Positions 37,370-48,300 of a DNA stretch of 63,069 nucleotides are shown piece after piece. The translations under genes were made by a program, and so were the position numbers. Under the pieces are notes generated by a model. The model had not been told where the DNA came from. It ran no database searches and saw only the letters and a list, made by a program, of their open reading frames with translations. Origin of the DNA: a virus (taxonomy: Duplodnaviria > Caudoviricetes); IMG/VR virus record IMGVR_UViG_3300037657_000271, positions 1-63,069 of that record. One strand, given 5' to 3'. How positions within the stretch are numbered: position 1 is the stretch's first letter; every line of letters starts with the position of its first letter.

Positions 37370-37951
37370 ATGCGAAGGCTTGCGCTCATTTTGATTTTTT
37401 GGTTTTTGATTTCAGGCGGTTGCGCGTTCGCCGCCACTCCGGCAAAGCCGTATCCGGATGTCACCACCGGAGATACGTTAACTTCCACCTGGTTGATGGG
37501 ATACTTCAACACGCTGTTCAATTGGGCGCAAGAAACCAATGCTTCAGTGACCTCGCTGATCGGCGGGATTACCAGTCAAAACGCATTTTTAACAGCCAGC
37601 CTTACGGTTACTTTGGCAACTTCTTCCACGCCGCTTATTTGGGATGCTTCCGGGCTTGGCTATGTTCCGATGCAGGGATCCGGGGCAATGATTTTCGACG
37701 GTTTGGTTGTAGCTGTTGCTTCAAACTCGGGTGGAACGGCTGGTTTCAAAGTATTGGGAACCATAACCAACAATGCAACTGGCACGTTTCTTTCGGAAGA
37801 TGAAGTTCAAATTTATTGGAACGATATTCCCGATTTCGAATTTATCAGTGACATTGCTACGCCTGGTCGGTATGTTGGCGCGGCATCAAGCCCAGCTTAT
37901 GTCACTATTCGTGGTCAGTTTCGGTTCCTGGAAGTGCTGCCAAACTTCTAA
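37370..37951 (+). CDS. Tail fibre/adaptor-like protein with signal peptide
   Basis: MRRLALILIFWFLISGGCAFA followed by TTGDTLTSTWLMGYFNTL. Confidence 0.6.
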   Translation: MRRLALILIFWFLISGGCAFAATPAKPYPDVTTGDTLTSTWLMGYFNTLFNWAQETNASVTSLIGGITSQNAFLTASLTVTLATSSTPLIWDASGLGYVPMQGSGAMIFDGLVVAVASNSGGTAGFKVLGTITNNATGTFLSEDEVQIYWNDIPDFEFISDIATPGRYVGAASSPAYVTIRGQFRFLEVLPNF

Positions 37952-37964
37952 TACCTCCCCGAAA

Positions 37965-37994
37965 TTCCCAAGTTTCCTTCCCCCAGGGTGAAGA
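37965..37994 (+). promoter_or_regulatory. Putative late promoter motif, copy 3
   Basis: TTCCCAAG..CCCCAGGGTGAAGA with 18-nt spacer. Confidence 0.55.
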
Positions 37995-38009
37995 TAGTTG
38001 GGGGAATTC

Positions 38010-38324
38010 ATGCCTACATTCGAAGATTGGGTAGCAGTTTATAAGCGGGAATCACCGTTTCCCTTTGATCCGGACAGCGGATTTGAACGTCGTTTTATTC
38101 CGGAAAAGGGATTCCTGACATTTCAAATTCAACCCGATCACGAGTGTCTCTTTATCCAAGAAATATGCGGCGACATGCGGTACTGGATGGACGTTGCCCG
38201 CGCTGAAGCAAAGAAAGCGGGCATGAAACGAATCATGGGGGTTAGCCGGCGAAACCCCCTGGCCGTGGCTCGACTACTCTCCGTGAATTTCGTGGGCCAC
38301 ATTTTCTCTTCGGAGGTGAAGTAA
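38010..38324 (+). CDS. GNAT-like small protein
   Basis: GFLTF..LFIQEICGD..W...A.K.G.KRI...SRRNP; position before the ejection genes. Confidence 0.5.
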   Translation: MPTFEDWVAVYKRESPFPFDPDSGFERRFIPEKGFLTFQIQPDHECLFIQEICGDMRYWMDVARAEAKKAGMKRIMGVSRRNPLAVARLLSVNFVGHIFSSEVK

Positions 38325-40456
38325 TGGGTAGCGTAGGTGGAGCAATTGTCGGGCCATTGGTTGGCGGTCTGGCTGGAAAAATGTTTGGGGGAAGCAAGGG
38401 CAGTGATGCGGGCGACTATGCCGCTGCTCCAACTCAAACTCCTGACCAGACGGAATTGTCAGCTTTCGTTAAGCCGTATCTTACCGGGTGGATGAAAGAG
38501 CCTCCAAAGCTGCAAACTTCTCCCTTGTCGCAAACCAAAATCACCGTGGGAGGAAACAATCTTTCCGGATCGATGTTTCCTTCAGCAAGCCAATCGCAAT
38601 CTTCCAGCGTTGGGGGAGCGAACGCATTAAATCCTTTTAGCATGATGCCGGGGTTTGACAGCTTTTCCAAAATGTTTTCTTCTCCCACGCAAAGTGCAAC
38701 GCAGCAAAATCAAAATTCCCAACAGACCCAGACCACAAAAAGCCCTTACGGGGATTTGGCGTCAAAGCTTACGGCAAATTCAAGCGCTTGGTCACCGGAA
38801 ACGCAGCAAATCTACAGTGCGGTTCCAGGTGCCCAGCAATCCGGCTTTTTTGCCAATGGCAGGTATTTTGGTGCCAAGGGCGGTGGCCGTGCAGGAATGG
38901 CTGAAACGGGAAATTATCAACAAACCGGCGCTCCGTATATTGATCCTGTTACGAAACAAGCGGTCGTTAAAGTATCTCACGCGTCCGGTCAGCTTCCCGA
39001 TAAAATCGTGCCATACCTCGGGGACGTTGCGGGGGTTCAGTCGGGGGGGCAGGGTGCCGAAGAAACAAAATACGGGTTTCAGGGCGCTCAGGGGCTTAAT
39101 GGATACAGCCCGAATGTTTCCACCAGCCAATCACAAAATTGGTTGAATATCCCCAATATTCCCGGGTTAACCTCTACCTACGGCGCGGAGGGCGGCTTTC
39201 AGAACAACACGAATTGGATGGACGCCATTTCCAGTCTCGCCAATCCCCTGAACTACACAGACCAAATCAAGAACCTATCTCGGCCATTCGATCAAACTGG
39301 GATGATTAACGAAGCCTTTGCCCCCATTACCGATCGATCAGCGGAAATCGCCAAAATCGGACAAGCAATCAACCTCGATCCTAACAGCCTTGAGCAGTTA
39401 TCTGAACAAAAAATCCGTGAAGGCATGGAACGGAAGCTTCAGGAGGGGTATACCGCGGATTATCTCAAAGAACTGACGGCGGCCGGTGTTGATCCCTTGA
39501 AGGACGCATACGATGAAGCGCTTAAGCAGGCCGGTGAAGATTATAACCGGATGAACATGAAGGCCTCGGGGTTTGAGTTTGGGAAGAAATTTGGCCAGGA
39601 ATCCGATTCCATCACCACCAATTATTTGAAAAATATCGCCGATGTCGCGCGAGATGTAAGCCTTCGGGGCGCGGAAGCCGCGCGTGAAGACAGATTCCGA
39701 AATGCCTCCTTGCAGGATTCAATGGTTGATCGTGGTGTCAGTCTTTCCGGTCGTCAGCAAGATCAGCAATTGCAAATCGAACAGCTTAACCGGCAATATG
39801 CCGCCCAAGGATATGATTTGGCTCAACGTCAGGAGCTTATTGCGCGCGACCTGGCCCAAGGAAAACTCCAGGCATTTACCGACCAGGATGTTCGGAACCG
39901 GGCGCTTGAAGAGGGATCGCTTGATAGGCTTATGCAGCAGGATCTCACCAATAAAGATTTGTTGGGGAAATCAATTCAAATGGGATCCCAGCAAGATCAG
40001 AGCAATGAAGCCAACCGCCAATGGTGGGCTGGAATGCGTGATGATCAGAAGCGATACGACCAACAATCAGAGCAAAGTAACTGGCAAAATCAGCTTGGAC
40101 TCGCACAATGGTTGTCAGGTCGTGAAGATGACCTGACCAAATACAATCAAGGCCTTGACCTGGAGCTTCAGAAATCCAACATCGGATATCAACAGGACGC
40201 TCTCAACGCCATTTTGAGTTTTATCTCAGGGCAAAACCCGATTGCCAGCAATATGCAATCCAATTACTGGAATGCCCAAAACATGGCTGCCAATAATCAA
40301 GCCCAGGATAACGCCGCCATAAGCCAAATTGCCAAGGCGTTTTCCAATGGATTTGGGAACAGCAACAAAAATCCGGTGGTAAGCCCTGCATCCACGGCTG
40401 GGAACTACATGAATGCCATTGCGGGATTATCGGGGATTCCCGGAACTTGGAGTTAA
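38324..40456 (+). CDS. Putative DNA ejection/internal virion protein
   Basis: G/A-rich hydrophobic N-terminus, Q/N/S-rich helical body. Confidence 0.6.
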   Translation: MGSVGGAIVGPLVGGLAGKMFGGSKGSDAGDYAAAPTQTPDQTELSAFVKPYLTGWMKEPPKLQTSPLSQTKITVGGNNLSGSMFPSASQSQSSSVGGANALNPFSMMPGFDSFSKMFSSPTQSATQQNQNSQQTQTTKSPYGDLASKLTANSSAWSPETQQIYSAVPGAQQSGFFANGRYFGAKGGGRAGMAETGNYQQTGAPYIDPVTKQAVVKVSHASGQLPDKIVPYLGDVAGVQSGGQGAEETKYGFQGAQGLNGYSPNVSTSQSQNWLNIPNIPGLTSTYGAEGGFQNNTNWMDAISSLANPLNYTDQIKNLSRPFDQTGMINEAFAPITDRSAEIAKIGQAINLDPNSLEQLSEQKIREGMERKLQEGYTADYLKELTAAGVDPLKDAYDEALKQAGEDYNRMNMKASGFEFGKKFGQESDSITTNYLKNIADVARDVSLRGAEAAREDRFRNASLQDSMVDRGVSLSGRQQDQQLQIEQLNRQYAAQGYDLAQRQELIARDLAQGKLQAFTDQDVRNRALEEGSLDRLMQQDLTNKDLLGKSIQMGSQQDQSNEANRQWWAGMRDDQKRYDQQSEQSNWQNQLGLAQWLSGREDDLTKYNQGLDLELQKSNIGYQQDALNAILSFISGQNPIASNMQSNYWNAQNMAANNQAQDNAAISQIAKAFSNGFGNSNKNPVVSPASTAGNYMNAIAGLSGIPGTWS

Positions 40457-40463
40457 TAACAAT

Positions 40464-41363
40464 ATGAACTTTCTACGCGCTTTGGGAGCAATCGCGGCCG
40501 GAATGGGTGAGGGCCAAAACGAAAAACAACAACGAGATTTTCTCGAACGGCAACGGGCTTTTCAGGAAGAAAAGCAAGCCCGGGACCGCCAACAGTGGAT
40601 AGCGGAAGATATGCTCCGGCCGCGGCGCATTCAAGAAGAATTGGCCAAACATGATCTTGAGGCCAAACAACGGGAACAAAAGATGGTGGATTTGGAGCCG
40701 GCCATGAGCCCCAAATTTAACCTGACGGGGTTGCCAGGTGCGGAACTGCTCAATAGCCTTCAGCGGTCCTTTGGAATTACTCAGCCTGATCCGTCCGGGA
40801 TGACGGTTGGGCAGAAAAGAAACCTGGATTTGTTTTCCGAAAAGCTTGATCAGCGAAACAAATCCTCCCTTGATCGACAGGAACAGGGTAAATCCCTTCA
40901 ATTTTTGTTGGAAGGATTTCGGGAAAATGCCCGAAGAGCAAGACTTGGACTCGACCCGATTGCGTGGGATCCCGAGTCCATGCCTGAGCAGTATCGGTCC
41001 ATTTTGGCTCAATCTGCCGAAATTCCGCCGGCGGAAAAAAAGGCCAAACCAGGACCAAAGTCTTTGATGGAAAAAGTGGCGGAAACAACCGCTCTGACAA
41101 AGGCAAGGACGGCGGCAAAGCTTTCTTCAAAAGGGGCGGCGTCTGTCAGTGATGCGGAAAAAAACATCCTTCAAGGTGAATTGGCTGCCTTAAAAAGACA
41201 GCGTGCAGCGGGGGACATCTCCGATCAGGAATTTCGTAAAAGAGTTTACGCTTTATATCCCAATGAAGATGCCGCGGCCAAAGAAGCCGCCGTAAGAGAG
41301 CGGTTAGGCCGGGCAATGAACCCGGCGTTAAGAGCCGGATTGGAACGAAAAATAGCCCCGTAA
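40464..41363 (+). CDS. Putative ejection protein
   Basis: MNFLRALGAIAAGMGEG followed by a coiled coil. Confidence 0.55.
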   Translation: MNFLRALGAIAAGMGEGQNEKQQRDFLERQRAFQEEKQARDRQQWIAEDMLRPRRIQEELAKHDLEAKQREQKMVDLEPAMSPKFNLTGLPGAELLNSLQRSFGITQPDPSGMTVGQKRNLDLFSEKLDQRNKSSLDRQEQGKSLQFLLEGFRENARRARLGLDPIAWDPESMPEQYRSILAQSAEIPPAEKKAKPGPKSLMEKVAETTALTKARTAAKLSSKGAASVSDAEKNILQGELAALKRQRAAGDISDQEFRKRVYALYPNEDAAAKEAAVRERLGRAMNPALRAGLERKIAP

Positions 41364-41372
41364 GGAGTTTTT

Positions 41373-42341
41373 ATGCCGTCATTATTCTTCAAGAACAAGC
41401 AGGATCCAAACCTTCCGTTTTCTAGCCAGTTTGATGAGATCAATTCTGGGAGGAAACCCTTCGATTCACAGTCAGCTTCCCAACCAATTCCCGAAGGAAA
41501 CAACCCATTGTCCGCCTTGGCAGAATTGGCGCAACGATATCGTGATGAACGCAATCCCGAATACTTCCAAGCGGTCGAACAGCTCCGGAGCAAAAACAGC
41601 ATAGGATACGGAAATGATTCCGCTGAAGCCGTATTTTCCCCGTATGCCGGTCAGGGAAAAAGCTTCTTTTCTCCCAAAGACCCGGCCAATATGTCCGCTT
41701 CTTTCCAGGGACCCCAGGCTTCTGCTTCGAGCTCAATGGCAATGGGAATTACCCGTCCAACCAGTGGAACGGCAACGATGGGATTACCTGGTGATCCCCC
41801 GGCAAATCCTTCGACCACCTGGACGGGGCAAACCCTGTACAGTGAGTCGGGAAAGCCGGGAATGCCGGAATCATCTTTGGAACTTGCATCGGGAAACCCT
41901 TTGCCAACTGCCCGACCATCGCTTCCCGGGATGCCCCAAAAGCCGTCTCTCCCCGGGTTTAACCGAATTTTTCAGAGTTCTCTTAACGCGCCTCAAGTCT
42001 TTGGTCAGGGCTCAGAAAGCATGTTAAATGGACTGGAAAAGGTTATTGGGATGATGGGGGAACAGCCTGGACCCGCTGATCAGATGGCCCCAATGAGTCC
42101 GAAACCCGAACCCGATTTTTTCCAAGCCAATAAACCTCCCGAACAAAATCCCACCGGATTTGGGGGAAGTGGCAGGGAAAGCGGTTTGGGCCTGGGTTCA
42201 TCGTTGGCCCCTTCATCAAATGTTTCCGCTCCGGATTTTCGAACAATGCTTGAGCGAATTGATGCTGCCATCAAAAGCCGTATGGGATCGGTGAATCAAT
42301 CCGCCATGCAACCCAAAGGCTATTTAACCGGAGTCCGATGA
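41373..42341 (+). CDS. Low-complexity P/S/G-rich hypothetical virion protein
   Basis: AAGGAG RBS; fills the gap before the giant gene. Confidence 0.6.
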   Translation: MPSLFFKNKQDPNLPFSSQFDEINSGRKPFDSQSASQPIPEGNNPLSALAELAQRYRDERNPEYFQAVEQLRSKNSIGYGNDSAEAVFSPYAGQGKSFFSPKDPANMSASFQGPQASASSSMAMGITRPTSGTATMGLPGDPPANPSTTWTGQTLYSESGKPGMPESSLELASGNPLPTARPSLPGMPQKPSLPGFNRIFQSSLNAPQVFGQGSESMLNGLEKVIGMMGEQPGPADQMAPMSPKPEPDFFQANKPPEQNPTGFGGSGRESGLGLGSSLAPSSNVSAPDFRTMLERIDAAIKSRMGSVNQSAMQPKGYLTGVR

Positions 42342-42362
42342 TTTTTTTCAAGGAGTAACATT

Positions 42363-45300
42363 ATGTCCTCTCCGCTGTTTCAGCGTTTTGCCCTGCCTGT
42401 TTTTGAGAGTCCGGAGTATAACTCCAAGCCCTGGGAAGAACAAAAGGAACTCAGCAAAAACATCATTACCCAATACGAAAGCGCGGGGGGAACGGTTGAT
42501 GATTATTTGGCTGATGCCGATGAATATTTCTCGGCAAAGCCGGTTGCCCTTCCAAAGCCTACCACCAGCCAAGGGAAGGCAAGCATTCATAAGTTTATTC
42601 GAAGCGTTCCCGGATTTCTTGAGCTTCCGGAATCTTCACGAAATAACATTGCCAGGGATTTTGATTCGGATCGCGCCAGTTTCCAGGAAGCATTTTCGCG
42701 GGAACTTGAAAAAATGGATCAAGAGGTTCCTCCGACTGGGGCGATGGGGGTGGAATTCAAGGACAAGCCAAGCCTTCTCCGGGATGCGATTACCCCAGTA
42801 AAGGAGGGAGTTCGGGCGATGGTCCGTGCTCCTCTTCAAATGCCGGGACAATTGACGGAAGTTCTGGGGAAACTTTCAAAGGCCACAACTGGTTATGGTG
42901 ATCTTGCCATTACGTCCGGGAATGAAGCGGCAAGGTTTTTTGATGACCCGTTTTCCATCCCCGGGAAAGCTGTGGAAGCATTTGGGGACATCGGCAAGGA
43001 AACGGTAGGGTATGGAGATGCCGTAAGATCCCTTGGGCAAAAATTACAAAACATTCTTCCCCCAGAAGATATTACCGATCCGACACTCGGGGAGACTTCG
43101 CGCTTTTTAACCTCCTTGGCGGAGCCTCTTGGCTCAGGTGTTGGTTCATCTCTGGGAATGCTGAAAAGCGGGGCAGCCATCGGGCGGGCAGTCACACCGT
43201 CTTTAAAGTCTGGAATTCAGGCTTTACCGGGCGGCCAAAAGGCTATCGACGCCCTTCGACCGCTCCTGGAAAAGATTACTCCAGCCGGATCAACTCCAAC
43301 TGACGTGGCCGCTCAGTTGGCGGGTTCGTATCCGGTCAGCGCCCTCCTTCAGACTGGAGAAGGAATTGACGCGTTGGAAGCTCATCCGGAAACAAAAAAG
43401 ACGAATCCCCTATGGGCTCTCCTGCCTGGAATGGCAACGGCAATGGTTGATACGCCTCTTGCCATGGCGTTGACTGGCAAAGCCAAGCTTCCCAATCCTG
43501 TTCAAAAAGTCATGGACGGATTTGGTGTCCCGGGAAAAACCGCCTTAATGATGGGATCGGAAGGACTGGAAGAAGGCGGGCAAAAACTGGGTACAGAGAT
43601 GACGCCCTATATGGCCATGGGCCGCCTTCCAACCTCTCAGGAGTTTCTGAAACTTTTGGAAGAAAAGGTTGCTCCTGAAGCAATGGGCGGAATGCTGTCC
43701 GGGCCGGTTCTGGGTGCCGGTCATCTTTTCGAAAAAGAACAGAATCAACAAAAATCGGATGGGGAACAGGTCCCTCCATCGGCTTCAACACCAACTCCTC
43801 CAATCCTCACCCCGGAACTTTTTGCCCAAATGAAATCTTCTTTTGGCAATCCAACAGATGGAACGACCTTCGACCTTGGCAAGTGGAAGGAAGCGATGCA
43901 AGAAGTACCGGTACAAGAACCCCAAGAAGAAAACATCATCTCCGAAGCTGTTCGACAATCCCAAACTCTGGAAGAGGCCCAGGCAAAAATCAAAAATGCT
44001 TATTCCGGCATCTACGGGGCAAACACCCAACAGCCGCCTTCTCCTATTGTTGATCAATCTCCCCAGCCAGAGCAAGGGGTTGGTATCATTCAAGAAACCA
44101 GAGAGATAAAGGACCTCAAGAGCGAACTGAAAGAACTTGCGGAAGCCTGGAAAAGTCTGAAGGTTGCGGGACAAGGCGTTACTGATCCGGCCGGAAAAGA
44201 GCAGATTCAAAATATGCTTCAGGCTCTGTCGGCAAAAGGGAAGCCTATTAAGGCTCAGATTGAAAGCCGTGGGCAAATTGAAGCTCGGATCAAAAGCATT
44301 CAGGAGGAGCAAAAACAGCTTGAGGTGGCCATGGCTGCCGCTCAGAATAACGCCATTGCCCGAAGAACAATTAAGAAGCGAATAGCAGATAACCAGCGAA
44401 TGATTGAGGGGCTATCTTCGGGACAAATTAACGTTACGGAACGTCAGGCCGATTTGCTGTCGAAGGATCCTATGATCGGTCAGCCAGCCGAAGCAACACC
44501 CACCTTGAAGGCTTTGGCTCTACTTGATCAGATGGATCTAAAAGCGCAAGACAGAAAGCCAAAAATTGAACCGCCAAAACCGCTTTCTGTCGCCGATTTC
44601 CCCCTTTTAAGCGCCATTCGAGGAATGGGCGGAATTCGAAAATCGACAGGCGAAAATGGCGGAGAATATGATGCTTCGATAAAAGCGCTGGAAGAGGCTG
44701 GATTCAAGGCGACACCCGATATTTTTCGCGCCATTAATGGCACTGGAAAACTTGCCCCGGATCGCATGGCAAATCAACTTTTTGACGCCGGGCTAATTCC
44801 CGAAAATTCTCCCGAAACAATGTGGAACGCCCTGCGGTCTGAAGTCCTCGGCTTGGCAAGATCAAGAAAGGAAGCCAAGTCCGAGAAAAACCGCCTGGCC
44901 GAAGAGGAATTACGCCAACAAGATTGGGAAAATAACCAAAGCGAACCGGTTACCGCCGGCACGCTTTCCCGCGGTGACCAATTTACCATTCAGGGGGAAA
45001 AATACCGAGTGATTGATGAGGGTGACAGTGCCCTCAAACTGAAGGACGGCATTGAGTTTTGGATGCCTTACGACGCCACGATGCCCGATGGAACGATCAG
45101 AATCGACAGAGGCTCTTTGGCAAAAGAAACTTCCAAACCCGGGCCCGCTTCCGTTGACAAAACTCCGGTTACCGAACCCACTTTTGAAGACATGGCAACC
45201 ATGGACGCTCTTGATGAGCAATGGGGGGAACTTGGGCAAAAACCAAGCCCAAACGAACCGAAAACCAACGCTCAAAAAGCGGTGGAGTATTTCAGCATGC

Positions 45301-48300
45301 TTGATGGTCAGGAAGTTCCGAAGCCCATTTTATCCAAACAGAAAACATTTGAGGATTTGGAGAAGGGGATTCAACCATCATTTGATGATCTGCAATCCAC
45401 GCCCCCTTCTCAAACTCAAAAAATATTGCCCGACCAGGTTCAAAATCCCGAAATTTCCGGAATATCAAAAAGTGTTGGGGTTATTCCAGCCGAAAGAGCT
45501 CTCCCGTTTGTTCCTCAGGTGGATGTCGAATTGGAGGAAATGGTTTCCTCGGGGGCTTTTGACCGGCAAACCGCCCAAAAAACCAGGGAGGTTGGGGCCG
45601 CTCCGGTAAATGAATCGCTGGGAGTGGATGATTCGGTTTCATCCAATCTCTCAAAAAAAGAGCTTGAAAGGATGGTGGATGCCAAGGAAGCTCTTGATGT
45701 CGAAGGTAAACTGGCAAGCGTAGTCACCACTGATTTTGAAATTCTGAATCTGGCCGGCATGAACTCAGTTTATGGTGATCAGGGGTCAAACCGGATGATT
45801 TCCAGAATCTTGAACCGGATCCGGGAACGGGTGAACACGGAGCTGGCTGAAGATTACCCTGACTCAAAATACTATTTCAACCTTTGGCACATGGGAGGCC
45901 CGGCCTTCAGGATGAATTTGGTGGCAGACTCTCCCGTTGCAAAATTTATGGACAGTGTTATGGACAATGTTCAGCGAGACATTTCGGAGCTGCAAGGACA
46001 AATAGCCGCCCCCGACATTAAAACCGGCCAACCGGTAAAATTGGCAGATGTTAAACACTCAAAGGATTTGACGAAGAGTGGAACCGGGGTTATGTTTGCT
46101 TTACTCCCCGTTGACACAAAAGAAGAGATTGGTTCGGTTTTTGCCGACAATAAGGCCAATCTCCAAAAACAAGGAGGGCAAGATGACCTTGTCAAAAGAT
46201 GGAAAGCAGGAGCCAATCCAGACGAGATCGTTCGACTCACTCAGCTCGTGGGAAAAACAATTCGTGGAGGAGTTGAGAGCATCGAGAGAATTGACGGACG
46301 AAGAGTGGGTGGAACTGGACAAGAGAATCGACAAGGCCCTGGAAAAGCCACTGAACGAGTTGAGCCAAATCCTCGAAGCCGCCGGGTTTCCCCGCCGAAA
46401 ATAGACGATGTAGCTAAAGCTCTTGGCCTGTCAGACGATCAGGTCAAAGCGCTTTGGGACCGCGGGGTTTTTCGGATCGACTCATCCTATGGTCTTTTGG
46501 ACTCTCGCAATCAAAAAGCCGCCAAAGCTATGTTCACCAATATTTCCGAGATGGCCCGTATTGCAGGAAAACCCATGTCTTTGGTTATGATCGACCATGC
46601 CGGGATTTCCGCCTCCAACAAAATCTTTGCCGAAGAGCTTGGGGAGTCCCAGGGCAAGAAAGTTACCGAAGCCATTGTTCGAAAGTCCCTGGAAATGGTT
46701 GATATCGTATTAGAAGAAGCTGGAACCACGATTCAAAAAATGCGGGTGGGGGGGGATGAAAACTTAGGGTTTTCGACTCTGACCCCCAAAGATGCAACCA
46801 AAGCTATGAATCGAGCCGCAAAGCGAATCAAGGAACGATTTGCGGAACACGGGTTTGACGCCCTTCCAAACCTCAAACCAGAAAAAACCCCGTACCAAGA
46901 AACTTGGGGCCCAGGGATCTATTTTTCCGTGATTCCGATCGACGGAAAAACCACCTTCGAGGAAGCAATGGACAAGGCCGGAATCGGTGTGGAGCTTGCC
47001 AAGGAGGCGGTTATTGAAGAGGCAAAAGCCTTCATTGAAAAACGCCAACAGGAGCAAGAAAAAGCGCTTGCCGCTTCAAAGGGAAAAATTGAAAAACTTG
47101 GGGGACCGGATCTCATTTCCCGGAAAAAGGTTCTGACGTTCCTCGAAAAGGTTTTTCCCGTCACCGAAGAGGAAGTTCAGCTTTGGTGGGATGGTGGCGA
47201 TTTGGGGGAAAAGAAAAACCGAATTGCCCAGGCTGCGGTTGATTACCAAGCGGACATTGAACACGCACTAATGGAGGGGGCAGGAGCGGAAGCGGTGGAC
47301 TTGTTGGCCCGCGCTTTGACGGATATTAAAATCCCGTCACGCCGCCCACGGTTTTCCCGCCAGGAAAGGGAAACATCAGCCAAGGGAAAGGACGATGACA
47401 ATGCCGTGCATTCTTTATCCAAGCGGACTGAGAATCAGTTTCGCCGACCCGGAAACCGAGGAGGAACGGAAGGAGATGCGGGATCGAGTAGAACGCGTGA
47501 AAGAGGCGTGGAGGGAAGCGATCAAGAACGGCTTGGACGCCTCGAAGTGTCCTTATCAGTTGAAGAGCGGGACAAAGGATACCTCGGAAGCCTGAAAGCG
47601 ATTGAAACTCCAACCGTTTCACAGGCGTTGATTCGTGACGCTTTCCAGGATCTCTTTGGAAAACGAGTTATCTTTTTTGATGATAACTCCCCGGTTGCCA
47701 AGAAACGTGGCGGGCGGTCGGTAATGAACGGCGCTGTTTTAACCGATGATTCCGACACCATTTATATTGCGACTTCCGCCGCGCATCCGGGGATGGTTGT
47801 TGCCGGTCATGAGCTGCTTCATACCATTCGAATGGATGATGCTGATCTTTACGATCAACTTTTGGAGGCAATAACCCCACAAATCAAGGATACCACCAGA
47901 TTCAAGGAGACTATGACCCGGAGAGGGCAAACGAACCTTTCGGAGTCTCAAATTGTTGAAGAGCTCTTGGGTGATTTCCTGGGTGATCGAATGGGTACTC
48001 GAGATTTCTGGAACAATCTGTCTCAAAAAAATCCAACTCTGTTCGAGCGTGTTGCCGGTGCCTTTCGTCGGTTCTGCGACCTGATACGGGGTTGGTTTTC
48101 CCGGCAACCCAATTATCAGTCCGATCAGTATTTTCGGGATATTCAGGCTGCATCGGAGGTTGCGGAGAGGGTTGTAGCGGAATACGCTCAGAGAAAACGA
48201 AATGCCCGATCTCAAACCGGAGTTGGAAAGTTCCTGAATGCCATGGAGGACCGGTTTCCCGGAGAAAAAGAGACCGAAACCGAAGCTGCTCGGTCCAGAT

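Noticed and set aside
38324-40456. Tape measure protein
   Set aside because: No tail tube or chaperone genes nearby; context fits podovirus ejection proteins
46748-46755. G8 run encoding the GGD motif as a phase-variation tract
   Set aside because: Short run explained by Val-Gly-Gly-Asp codons; slippage would truncate a probably essential protein
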